Assembly: GCF_009914755.1 (NCBI RefSeq)
Contig: NC_060928.1
Length of the DNA stretch: 64,000 nt
Reading direction: 5' to 3' (one strand)
DNA from: the human T2T-CHM13v2.0 reference genome, Homo sapiens
Shown: positions 16,401 to 28,600 of the stretch, in pieces
Position numbering within the stretch: the stretch's first letter is position 1
Layout of the letters: every line of letters begins with the position of its first letter
Notes under the pieces: model-generated
What the model was told of the DNA's origin: nothing
What the model saw: the letters and a program-made list of their open reading frames with translations, nothing else
Database searches by the model: none
Program-made: the position numbers and the translations under genes

Positions 16401-18354
16401 AGAGTCAGGGTTATCTCAAGGAAGGATTCTGGTACACTACCAAAAACTTATTTTGTTCATCTTTCTCCCAGTCTTTCCCAAAGGGATCTATAGCCCTTTG
16501 CCAGAATAACTGTACACTGGGGAAAAGGTAAAAGTAAGACCTTTTGGGAACTACTGGACCCTGGCTCTGAACTGACGCAAATTCTAGGAAACCCAAACAT
16601 CACTGTGTTCTACCAGTCAAAGGAGGGATTTATGAAGGCCATGTGATTAATGAAATTTTAGCTTAGGTCTGTCCCACTGTGGGCTCAGTAAGTCCTTAAT
16701 CCATCCTATAGTTATTTCTCAAGTTCTGGAATGTACAATTGGAACGGATATGCTCAGCAGCAGGCCGAATTCCTTTATTGGTTCCCTGACTATACAGTGA
16801 GTGCTATTATAGTGGGAGAAGCCAAGCGGAAGCCACTAGAATTCCCTCTGCCTAGGAAAATAGTAAACCAAAAGCGACACCACTTTCCCGGAAGGGCTGC
16901 AGAGATTAGTGTCACCTTCAAGGACTTGAAGGATACAGGGGCAATGATTCCCACCACATCTCCATTCAACTTGGCTATATGGCCTGTAAAGAAGACAGAT
17001 GGATCTTGAAGAATGACTGTGGATTATCATAAGCTTAATAAGGTGGTGACTCTAATTGCAGCTGCTGTGCCAGATGAGGTTGCATTGCTTGGGCAAATAA
17101 CACATCCTCTGGTAGCTGGTATGAAGCCGTTGATCTGATAAATGCATTTTTCTCAATATCCATTAGTAAAGACACCAGCAGTGGTCTGTTTTCAGCTGGC
17201 AAGGCAACAATATAACTTCACTGTTCTACCACAGGATTATATAAACTGGCCAGCCCCAGGTCTTAAATTCAAAGGGATCCTGATCACCTATCCCTTTCAC
17301 AAGCTTTCATGCTTGTCTATTACATTGATGACATTATGTTAATTGGAACTAGTGAGCAAGAAATAGCAACTATTCTATCATTAGTAAAAGATTTACATAT
17401 CACACGTTGAGAAATAAATACAAAAAAATGCACAGGCCTTCTACCTCAGTGAAATTTCTAGGAGTCTAGTGGTATGGGGCATGTTGAAATATCTCTTCAA
17501 AGGTGAAGGAAAAGTCATTGCAACTGGCCTCTCCTAGAACCAATGAAGAAGCACAATGCCTGGTAGGCCTCTCTGGATTTGGGAGGCAATATTTTCTTTG
17601 TTTGGAGATATTGTTCTATCTCATTTACCTAGTGACCCAAAAAGCTTGTAGCATTGAGTGAGGCCATCAAAGGAAGGCTCTACAACAGGTTCAGGTGGCT
17701 GTGCAAGCTGCTATTTCACTTCGGCCATATAACCCAGCATGCCCTGTGGTACTTAAAGTGTCACTCAGAGATAGAAATGCCATTTGGAGTCTTTGGCAAA
17801 CCCATGTGGGTGAATCGCAGTGCAGGCCTTTCATATTTTGGAACAAGGCCCTGCCATGATCTGCAGAAAGCTACTATCCTTTTGAAAAATAGCTCTTGGC
17901 CTGCTACTGGGCTTTAGTAGAGTCTGAATGTTTAACCATGGGTCACCAAGTTCCCATGCGACCTGAGTTGCCCTTCATAAACTGGGTGTTTTCTGACATA
18001 CCAAGCCATAAAGTTGGCATGTATAGCAACACTCTATCATCCAACAGAAGTGATATATACATGATGGGTCCTGAGTAGGCTCTGAAGGCATAAGTAAGTT
18101 ACATAAAGTAGTAGCCAAATGCCCACGCCTGCTGCAATGCCTTTTCTCTCTTAGTCTACACCAGTGGCCTCATGACGGAGGAAATTACATCGTCAGATAA
18201 CTTGCACTCACGAGCTCTTTCAGCTCTAAGAGACCCCCAATTAAATGTCTTCTACTCTTGATATATCTGGCTCCCCATTTATTAACACAGAAGTATTGGG
18301 GCCTTTGCTAGAAAGATCAAGGAAGTCATACAAACTTCACCTTCAGAAGCTCTG

Positions 18355-21000
18355 GTTAGCTGTATTCTGAAGGTTTTCTCTTTCTTGTGTGTGGCTATTG
18401 TGAATGAGATTGCATTCTTCATTTGGCTGTCAGCTTGAACGTTATTGGTGTATAGAAACACTACTGACTTTTGTACATTGGTTTTTTATCCTGAAACTTT
18501 ACTAAAGTTGTTTATCCGATCTAGGAGGCTTTGGGCAGAAACGATGAGGTTTTCTAATGATAAAATCATATCATCTGTGAAGAGAGATAGTTTGACTTTT
18601 CTCTTCCTATTTGGATGCCTTTTATCTCTTTCTCTCCCCTTATTTCTCTGGCTATGACTTCCAAAACTATATTGAATTCAAGCAGCGAGGGTGGGCATCC
18701 TTGTCTTATTCCAATTCTCAACAGGAATGATTACAGCTTTTACCTGTATGATGCTGGCTGTGAGTTTGTCACAGATAGCTCTTATTATTTCAAGGTAAGT
18801 TTCTTCAATAACTAGTTTGTTGAGAGTTTATAATATAAAGGAATGTTGTACTTTATCAAAAGCTTCTTCTGTGTCTATGGAGATAATTAGATGGTTTTTG
18901 TTTTTAGTTCTGTTTATGTAATGAATCATATTTATTCACTTATGCAGTTGAACCTTGCATCACAGGAATAAAGCCTACTTGATTTTGGTTGATCAGCTTT
19001 TTGATATGCTGCTGGATTAAATTTGCCAGTATTTTGTTGAGGATCTTTTTGTTTATGTTCATCAGAAAAATTGTCCTGAAGTTTTATTTTTTCATTGTGT
19101 CTCTGGCCAGGCTTTGGTATCAAAATAATGTTTCATAAAATAAGTTAGGGAGGAGTCCCTTATCCTCAATTTTTGGAATAATTTCAGGAGGATTTGTAGT
19201 AGCTCTTCTTTATACATCTGGTGGAATTTGGCTGTGAATCTGTCAGGTTCAGGGCTTTTTTTGGCTGGTAAGTTTTTTATTACTGATTAAATTTCAGAAC
19301 TCGTTATTAGTCTCTTAAGAGTTTAGGAATATAGCTAACCAGGGAGCTGAAAAATCTCTACAGTGAAAATTATAAAATACTGTGGAAAAAAATCAGGGAT
19401 AACACAAACAGATGGTGTTTACATGCTCATAAATAGAATCAATATCATTAAAGTGACCATACTGCTCAAAGCAATTTACAGATTCGATGCTATTCATATC
19501 AAACTACCAAGGACATTGTTCACAGAATTAGAAAAAAACTACTCTAAAACTCATATGGAACCAAAAATGAGTCAGAACAGCCAAAGCAATCCTAAGCAAA
19601 AAGAACAAAGCTGGAGGCATCACAGTACTAAACTTTATACTACAAGGCTACAGTCACCAAAACAGTATGGTACTGGCACAAAAACAGACACACAGACCAA
19701 TGGGAAAGATTAGACGACCACACAAAAAGAACACACCATCTGATCATCAACAAATCATCAATAAAAAACAATGCAGAAAGGGCACCCTATTCGATACATG
19801 GTGCTGGGATTACTGGCTAGCCATATGCAGAAGATTGAAACTGGACTCCTTGTTTACACCATACAGAAAAATCAATTCAAGATGAATTAAAAACTTAAAA
19901 GTAAAACCTAAAACTATAAAATCCCTTGAAGAAAACCTGAGAAATATCATTCTGAATATAGGACCTGGTAAAGATTTCATGATGAAGACTTAAAAAGCAA
20001 TTGCAACAAAAATTAAAATGGACAAGTGGGACTTAATTAAAGAGTTTTGCACAGCAAAAGAAACAGAATAAACAGAATAAATCAACAGAATAAACAGACA
20101 ACTCACAGAATGGGCAAAAACATTTGCAAACTATGCATTCAACAAAGGTCTAAGCCCAGAATCTGTGAGGGACTTAAACAACTCAACAAGCAAAAACCAA
20201 CCCCATTTAAAAAATGGGCAAAGGCATGAAGAGAAGACACACATGCAGCCAACAGGCATATGAAAAATTCTCAACTAATCATCAAAGAAATAAAATCAAA
20301 ACTCCAATAAGATACCATCTCACACTAGTCAGAATGACTATTATTAAAAAGTCAAAAAATAACAGACTCTGGCAAACCTAGGGAGAAAAGAAAATGTTTA
20401 TATATTCCTGGTGGGAATGTAAATTAGTTCAGCCACTATGGAAAGCAGTTTCAAGATTTCCCAAAGAACTTAGAACTACCATTTAACCCAGTGATCCTAA
20501 TACTGGGTATATATTAAAAGGAATATAAATTGTTCTGCCATAAAGACATATGCACACATATGTTTATCACGGCCCTACTTACAATAGCAAAGACAGGGAA
20601 TCGACATAGATGCCCATCAACAGTGGACTACATAAAGAAAATGTGGTACATATACACAAATACATTGCAGCTAAGAAAAAGAACAACATCATGTCCTTTG
20701 CAGCAACACAGATGTAGCTAAAGGCCATTATCCTAGCAATTAACACAGGAACAGAAAAACAAATATCGCATGTTCCTACTTATAAGTGAGAACACTCATG
20801 GACACAAAGAAGGGAACGACAGACACCAGGACCTACTTGAAGGGAGAGAGTGAGAGTAGGGTGAGGATTGAAAAATTACCTATAGGGTGTTATGCCCACT
20901 ACCTGGGTGAAAAAATAATTTTTAAACCAGATCCCAGCAACATACAATTTACCCATGTAACAAACTTGCACATGTATCCCCTGAACCTAAAATAAAAGTT
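18355..21000 (+). mobile_element. Older L1PA (L1PA13-16-like), 5'-truncated with 5' inversion (inverted 18355-~19323; sense ~19323-21000)
   Basis: Decayed ORF2 on minus then plus strand. 3' UTR ...gaaaaattacctatagggt...acccatgtaacaaacttgcacatgtatcccctgaacctaaaataaaagtt. Confidence 0.9.
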
Positions 21001-22619
21001 GGAAGGGGAAATAAATGAAGACAGAAACAGGAGCAAAAAGAAATATTCCAATACTTTATCACTTCTTTTTAATATTTGTCCTAATCATTTCATTTTCTTA
21101 CATTATTACATTTCTTTGAATCTCTAAATCTCCAAGAAAATACTGAATTAAAATGGTAATAGTGGGGGGAAAAAAGAAGTTCTGAATGTATCCCTTATTT
21201 GTATAGCTCTTCAGATTTTAGAACAGATAAACTCACTCTCAGGAAAGTGAGGCCTAGACACAATAGCCTCTAGACAGAGTAGACTATATGTCAACAGAGT
21301 AGAGATAACCCTTCCCTTGGTAAATGACAACCAGCTTAGAAGGCAATGAGATTTCAGTTTGAGGTGAAATCTCTGCAATGGGATTTCAGTTTGAAGTGAT
21401 TTCCATTCATGTGATCAAAATAATTCAAAAAGTAGTGTCTAAGGGACCAGTGCTTAGGCAAGAAGCAAAAAAGAGACTTTGCTTCCTACCTAAGACCTGG
21501 CCCTTTTAGGTAGGTAGAAGCCCAGAAGATTGTAGGACCTATATTGTGGTTTTGTCTGCATGTTTCACTGGAAAGGCTAATCGTTTAAAGGAAATATACG
21601 GAACTAAACAAGGGAATCATGTTAAACATCCTGGAAGGTCTCTTTTGATATGGCAAGAACTTGCTTATTTAGCTAGTTTCTATGACCTCCTTCATGAAAT
21701 GTCCAATCAATGTTGATTTTATAGAAATGCTAACGTTGGAGATATGTTGATCATAGAGAATTTTCCAGTTGTTTTTTTAAAATATGCTGCTTTTGGGGCA
21801 TAAAGCTCTAATTATAAGTCAGAAAATCACCTTCCAGAAACATTGCTCTCATTTCATATGTTATTCAAGCAACAAAGAATCAATGACAGTACTGCAATCT
21901 ACTTGAGGGGTACCTAGTTTGAATCAGCTCTCCAAAGGTTAGTCACAGGAATTTCTAACTACAGCTGAGGCTTTAAAACTCAGCTGTCACATTGGCAAAG
22001 TGTCTCATGCATTGGTTATTTTGTAAGAGAAGTTGTGCAAAAGGAAATTAGAGGAATGTGGAACTTGCTTAAATTATCCCCACAACTATCTGTAATGAAG
22101 TTACTGGAACTTTAGGGATTCATGAGGTGAAAAACATAGTGCTATAAAACTGTGAAGAGATTGTACTAAAGGGGGATTCCAGTAATGCTTAAAAATAGGC
22201 TTCCTGAGCTAATAGGTACCTGAAGAAGTCCTACGTTCCACTCCCAAATACACGGTAAGAATTACCATTAGGGGATCCTGAATGACTATAAGGAAGTAGA
22301 TTCCATAAACCTCCTTAGCAACCAGTATCTGTGATAAATATTTTTATATTTCATTATGTTCTGTCTCAGAGAAGTTAAGTCTTCCATTTTCCTCTTAAAA
22401 TCAGGGAATTGCCCAGGAGTTGTATAAAGGTTCTTTTCAGTTTTGTGATTCTATGGGTTGTAGCATTTAACAACCTTTGGCAAAGTGCCTGAAATCAGAT
22501 CTCAGTAGTTTGAGGCTTTGCGCGTAATTTCTTCATTCTTTATTCCTTATCCTCCCAGAAAAAGATACAATGTAAGCCAGAAAAGCATTAGAAAACAAAG
22601 TTATGTTGCCCTCTAGAAA

Positions 22620-22700
22620 CAGGGTTGCCAGATAAAAAATTTGGGATATAATTATACTAAAATAATTATTTGTTGTATATTCAAAATTTTGAGTTCAGTT
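22620..22700. mobile_element. MER53-like hAT fragment
   Basis: Begins cagggttgccagataaaa...ttgggatata..tatactaaaa, typical of MER53. Partial. Confidence 0.5.
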
Positions 22701-23188
22701 ACTGCTCCCTGTCCAGTTACAATGATCTAGTTGGCATGCTTCCCACTTCATCAAATATTTCATTAGTCATATTTTTTAAAGACTATGAAAATATCTTAAG
22801 GTAATGTTCCTTTAAGAGTCTCAAACTATGTAATTATATGCTTACACTTTCTCCCAGTTTCCCTCCAAAAGTGTTTAGCATATATTTATAAACATGGCAC
22901 ATGTCTTCCTTCTCAGATCAGGTGGACATTTTCTCTTCATGTTTCCAGTGCTTTCATATCACAATTGTTGTTGCTCATTGGCTTAAATTAAGCCTGGTTT
23001 ACTTTCTTTTTTTTTTTTTTTTTTTAACATTCCATGAGATTAAAGTTGTCCCCAAAGACAGACAAGTATTTAATGCAGTTTATCCGTCCCCAACCTAATA
23101 TTTTAAAAATCAAAATGAAGCTTTCTAGAGCAATCTTCTCTACTAAATCTTGCCTTTGTGCTACTTTCGAGGTCTCTTAGGAAAACAC

Positions 23189-24627
23189 TGTGTCCGGAAT
23201 TGGTGGGTTGTTGGTCTCACTGACTTCAAGAATGAAGCTGTGGACCCTTGCAGTGTTACAGTTCTCAAAGGCAGCATGTCTGGAGTTTGTTCCTTCTGAT
23301 GTTCGGATGTGTTTGGAGTTTCTTTTTTCTGGTGGGTTCGTGGTCTCGCTGGCTCAGGAGTGAAGCTGCAGACCTTCACAGTGAGTGTCACAGCTCTTAA
23401 GGCGGCGCGTCTGGAGTTGTTGTTCCTCGCGGTGGGTTCGTGGTCTCACTAGCTTCAAGAATGAAGCCGCAGACCTTCACGGTGAGTGTTACAGCTCATA
23501 AAGGTAGTGCGGACCCAAAGAGTGAGCAGTAGCAAGACTTACCGCAAAGAGCGAAAGAACGAAGCTTCCACGGTATGGAAAGGGACCCTACCAGGTTGCC
23601 ACTGCTGGCTCTGGCAGCCTGCTTTTATTCTCTTATCTGGCTCCACCCACATCCTGCTGATTGGTCCATTTTACAAAGAGCCGATTGGTCTGTTTTAGAG
23701 AGAGCTGATTGGTCCGTTGTGACAGGGTGCTGATTGGTGTGTTTACAATCCCTAAGCTAGACAAAAAAGTTCTCCACATCCCCACTAGATTAGCTAGATA
23801 CAGAGTGTGGACACAAAGGTTCTCCAACTCCCCACCAGAGTAGCTAGAGTAGCTAGAGTAGCTAGATACAGAGTGTCAATTGGTGCATTCACAAACCCTG
23901 AGCTAGACACAGGGTGCTGCTTGGTGTGTTTACAAACCTTGAGCTAGATACAGAGTGCTGATTGGTGTATTTACAATCCCTTAGCTAGACATAAAGGTTC
24001 TCCAAGTCCCCACCAGACTCAGGAGCCCAGTTGGCTTCACCCAGTGTATCCCCTACCGGGGCCGCAGGTGGAGCTGCCTGCCAGTCCTGTGCCGTGTGCC
24101 TGCACTCCTCAGCCTTTGGGTGGTTGATGGGACTGGGCACCGTGGAGCAGGGGGCTGTGCACGTCGGGGAGGCTCAGGCTGCGTGGGAGCCCACAGCCAG
24201 GGTAGGGGGGGCGGTGCTCAGGCATGGTGGGCTGCGGGTCCCGAGCCCTGCCGCATGGGAGGCAGCTAAGGCCCGGCAAGAAGTCGAGCACAGCAGCTGC
24301 TGGCCCAGGTGCTAACCTCTCACTGCCTGGGGCTGGCGGGGCTGGCCAGCCACTCCGAGTGCAGGACCCGCCAAGCCCACACCCACCCAGAACTCGCGCT
24401 GGCCTCCAAGCACCGGGCAGCCCCAGTTCCCACCCATGCCTCTCCCTCCACACCTCCTCGCAGGCTGAGGGAGCCGGCTCTGGCCTTGGCCAGCCCAGAA
24501 AGGGGCTCCTACAGTGCAGCTGCAGGCTGAAGGACTCCTCAAGTGGGGCCAGAGTGGGCATCAAGGCCGAGGAGGTGCCGAGAGCCAGCCAGGGCTGTGA
24601 GGGCTGCCAGCACGCTGTCACCTCTCA
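23189..24627 (-). mobile_element. LTR12 (ERV9) solo LTR
   Basis: Plus strand runs TGTGTCCGGAATTGG...GCTGTCACCTCTCA (reverse complement of LTR12 termini). ATTGG repeats at ~23660-23990. TATA-like box at 23623-23629. Flanks ACAC / ATAT are an imperfect TSD. Confidence 0.96.
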
Positions 24628-25671
24628 ATATCACATTATGTAAAATATGCTACATGTTAAGTAAGTAATATACCACAAAACTACTTATGTGTGTGTGAGA
24701 CTATGTTATAGATGGGAGAGTTCTCTTACATCCATTATCTTGTTTTATCTGTGTTACAATCCTGCAAGGTAAATACATCAATAATTCTCATTCCCTTTTC
24801 ACAGATGGTAATGCTAAAGATAAGACTACTGAAATGCAAATTTATATGGATAACAAATAGTAAATATGGGTTGAATTCAGGTTTTTAAAAAAATTTAAAT
24901 CAAATGTTTTAATGATGTAATTTGTATTTCCCTCTCCTTTTTGCCCTGTTTGGTTCTTCATTCATCTTCACACAATGCCCCTTTTTATTTTCATCCAGTT
25001 TATGGATTTTCGTAGATCAATGTAATTTTTGATATACTGTTACTCCCTCCTGCTTCTATTAGATGTTGCTTTAAATATATATAAAACAAAATAAAAGGAA
25101 CATCCATAGACATCTCTATGTAACCTCTATATATTTAAAGACATGGGGAAGATAACAAACCCTTTACTAGAAAATATCTTGAATGTCCTTAGAAATTATC
25201 CTTAAAATCACCTGGGATCCAGGATTTTTTCTTCTTCCTTTATCTTCCTAATTCTTGGCACAGAATGTAAGCTTAATTAATAAGGACATATACAGTCTCA
25301 GAGGCATTATTTGTGTCCTTGTAATTGCCTCATATGAAATGCATGTTTAAAATTCAGTCTTTTGTTATTGCATATTCATCTTCTCTTTGCTGTTATTGTA
25401 TGTTGCATGGATTCACATTTCCTTTTAATGTACTGGCCCTAAATATGCCCCTGCAATCTTCTTCCTTTTATTAATGTTGATGGTAACAGGTGTATGTATT
25501 TTTGTATCTTATTTTAATATTTCATATTATATAACCAACAAAGTAAAATGACAATAGGCATAACTTAAAGCAGAAAAAACAATACTAATGACAGACCTTC
25601 CATATGATGAAAAAATAAAAAATAAAGTAAAAAAAAAACTTTTCCATGTCTTCATGTAATATTCATAAGTT

Positions 25672-28600
25672 TTTTGTTTTATTTTTATTTTAAATAGATT
25701 TTGCTTTGTATATTTAAGGGATATAATATGATATTATGAGGCTAAAAAGGTTACTATAGTGAAGCAAATTAACATATCCACCATTTCATATAGTTACTCA
25801 ATTATTTTGTTTTTGAGGCAAGAACAGCTACACATTTAGCATGAATCCTGTATACAATACAATTTTACTGCCTATAGTCATTATGCTGCACATTAGATAT
25901 CTACTTATTCATCATACATATCTACCACTTTGTATCCCCTAACTTACATCTCCCAGTTCCCACATTTGCTTCCACCTCTGATAACCACTACTCTGTTTTT
26001 TTATCTCTGTGAATTGAGTTCACATGTAAGTTAGATCATGCAATATTTGTCTTTCTATGTCTCACTTAATTCACTTGGCATAATGTCTCCAGGCTAATCC
26101 ATGTTATAACAAAGGGCAAGATCTTGCTTTTTAGGGCTAAATAATATCCCATTGTATTTACACACTACTATTTATTTATCCATTCATCCAGCTATGGACA
26201 CTCTAGATTATTTCCATATCTTGGCTGCTGTAAATAATGCTGGAGTGAACATGGGAGTGCAGATGTCTTTTTGAGGTGGTGATTTCATTCCCTTTGTATA
26301 TACGGCCAGAAGAGGAATTACTTGATGATACTGTACTTCTATTTTAAATTTTTTTAGAAACCTCATACTTTTTTTTTATAATGGCCATACTAATCGACAG
26401 TCCCACAGTGTACAAGAGATCCCTCTTCTCCACACCCTTGTCAATATTTGTTATCTTTTGTTTTTTTTATAATAGCCATCCTAACAGGTGTGAGATGGTA
26501 TCTCATAGTGGTGTCAATTTTCATTTTCCTAATGGTTAATTATGTTGAGCACTTTTCATACCTGTTGGCCATTTATGTCTTCTTTGGAGAAGTGTCTATT
26601 CATGTCTTCTGACCATGATTTAATTGGGTTATTAGTTATTCCACTACTGAGTGATATCAGTTTTATCTAAATTTTAAACATTAAACGCTTATCAGATATA
26701 TAGTTTGCAAGTATCTTTTTCCAATCCATAGGCTGTCATTTTGCTTTGCTATTTTCTTTGCTATACAGGAGTTTTTTTAGTTTGATGTAGTCTCATTTAT
26801 TTTATTTTTGTTTTTTGTGGCCTGAGCTTTTGGTGCTGTCCAAAACAATCATTACAAAGGTCAATGTCCAGAAGTAGTTCCCCTACATACTCTTCCAGGA
26901 GCTTTATGGTTTTGGTCTTATATTTAAGCTGCTTTTATCCATTTTGGGTTGACTTTTTGTGTATGGTATAAGGGCCTACTTCATTCTTTTGCATATGGAA
27001 ATCTATTGCATATGGAAATCTAGTTTTCCCAGCACCATCTTTTAAAGGAACTATCCTATCTCCATTATGTTGTCTTCATGTCCTTGTCTAAAATTAGTTG
27101 ATAGTATATATTTAGGTTTATTTCTGGGGTCTCTATTCTGTTCCACTGGTCCATGTATCTGTTTTCATGCCAGTACCATGCTGTTTTGATTGTTATAGAT
27201 TTGTAATATAATTTTAAATCAGGAAATATGATGCTACCAACTTTGTTTTTCTTTCTCAGAATTGCTTTGGCAATTCAGGATTTTTTAAGTTTCATATTGG
27301 TTTTAAAGTTGTTGTTTCTATTTTTTGTGAAGAACATTATTGGAATTTTGATATGGATTGTGTTAAATTTGCATATGACTTTCTGTACTATGAATATTTC
27401 AACAATATTAACTCTTCTTATCCATGATAACAAGGTACATTTCTATTTATTTGTGTCTTTTCAATCTCTTTCATTAAATGTTTTATAATTTTCAGTGTAG
27501 TGATCTTTCACCTCCCCAGTTAAATTTGTTCTTGTATATTTTTTTCTTGATGCTATTGTAAATGGAATTGTTTTCTTAGGGTCTTTTTTAGTTAGGCTGG
27601 GTTTTCAGTTGTGTATATAAATGCTGCTGATTTTTGTATGTCAATATTGTATCCTTCAACTTTGCCATATTCATTTATTAGTTCTATGAGTTTTTTTGTG
27701 GAATTCTGGTTTTTTTACATATAGAATTATATCATGGGCAAATAGAGATAATTTTACTTCTTCCTTTTAACTTAGATGACTTTTCATGTCCTTTGTTTCT
27801 TATTGTTTTGTTGTCTGATTGTTCTTGCTAGTACTTTCAGTACTATATTTAATAGATGTAGTGACAGTGGACATCACTTGCCTTGTACCAAATCTCAATG
27901 GAAAAACTTTCAGTTTCTCCCCATTGATTATAATATTAGCTGTGGGTTTTTTATAAAACACCCTTATGTTGAGGAACTTTCTTTCTATACCTAAACTGTT
28001 GAGCATATTTATCAAGAAAGGACGTTGGAGTACACCAGTGCTTTTTCTGCATCAATTGAGATGATCACGTGGTTTATATCTTTTATTCTGTTAATGTGAT
28101 GTATCACATTGATTGATTTGCATATGTTCAACCAGCCTTGCATGCCAGGGATAAATCTCATTCTGTCACGATCTTTTTGATGTGTTGCTGGATTTGATTT
28201 GCTAATATTTTACTAAGGATTTTTGCATAACTGTTCATCAGAGAAATTGGTCTGTAGTTTTCTCTTCTTGTCATGTCTTTGTCTGACTTAGGTATCAAGG
28301 TGATACCTACAATCTTGGTAGGTTGTATTTTTCTAGGAATTTTTTCATTTCACCTAGATTATCCAATTTTTTGGCATTTAATTGTTCGTAATAGTTCCTT
28401 GATATCCTTTTTATTTGTAAAGTGTCTGCAGTAATTTGTTCTCATTCATCTTTGGTTTCATTCATTTAAGTCTTTTTTATGATTAGACAACTCTTTTTTC
28501 TTCAGAAAAGCTCTTAGTTTTATTTACTCTTCATATGGCTTTCTATTCTTTATGTGATTTATTTCTATTCTGATGTTTATTATTGATTTCCTTCTTCTAG

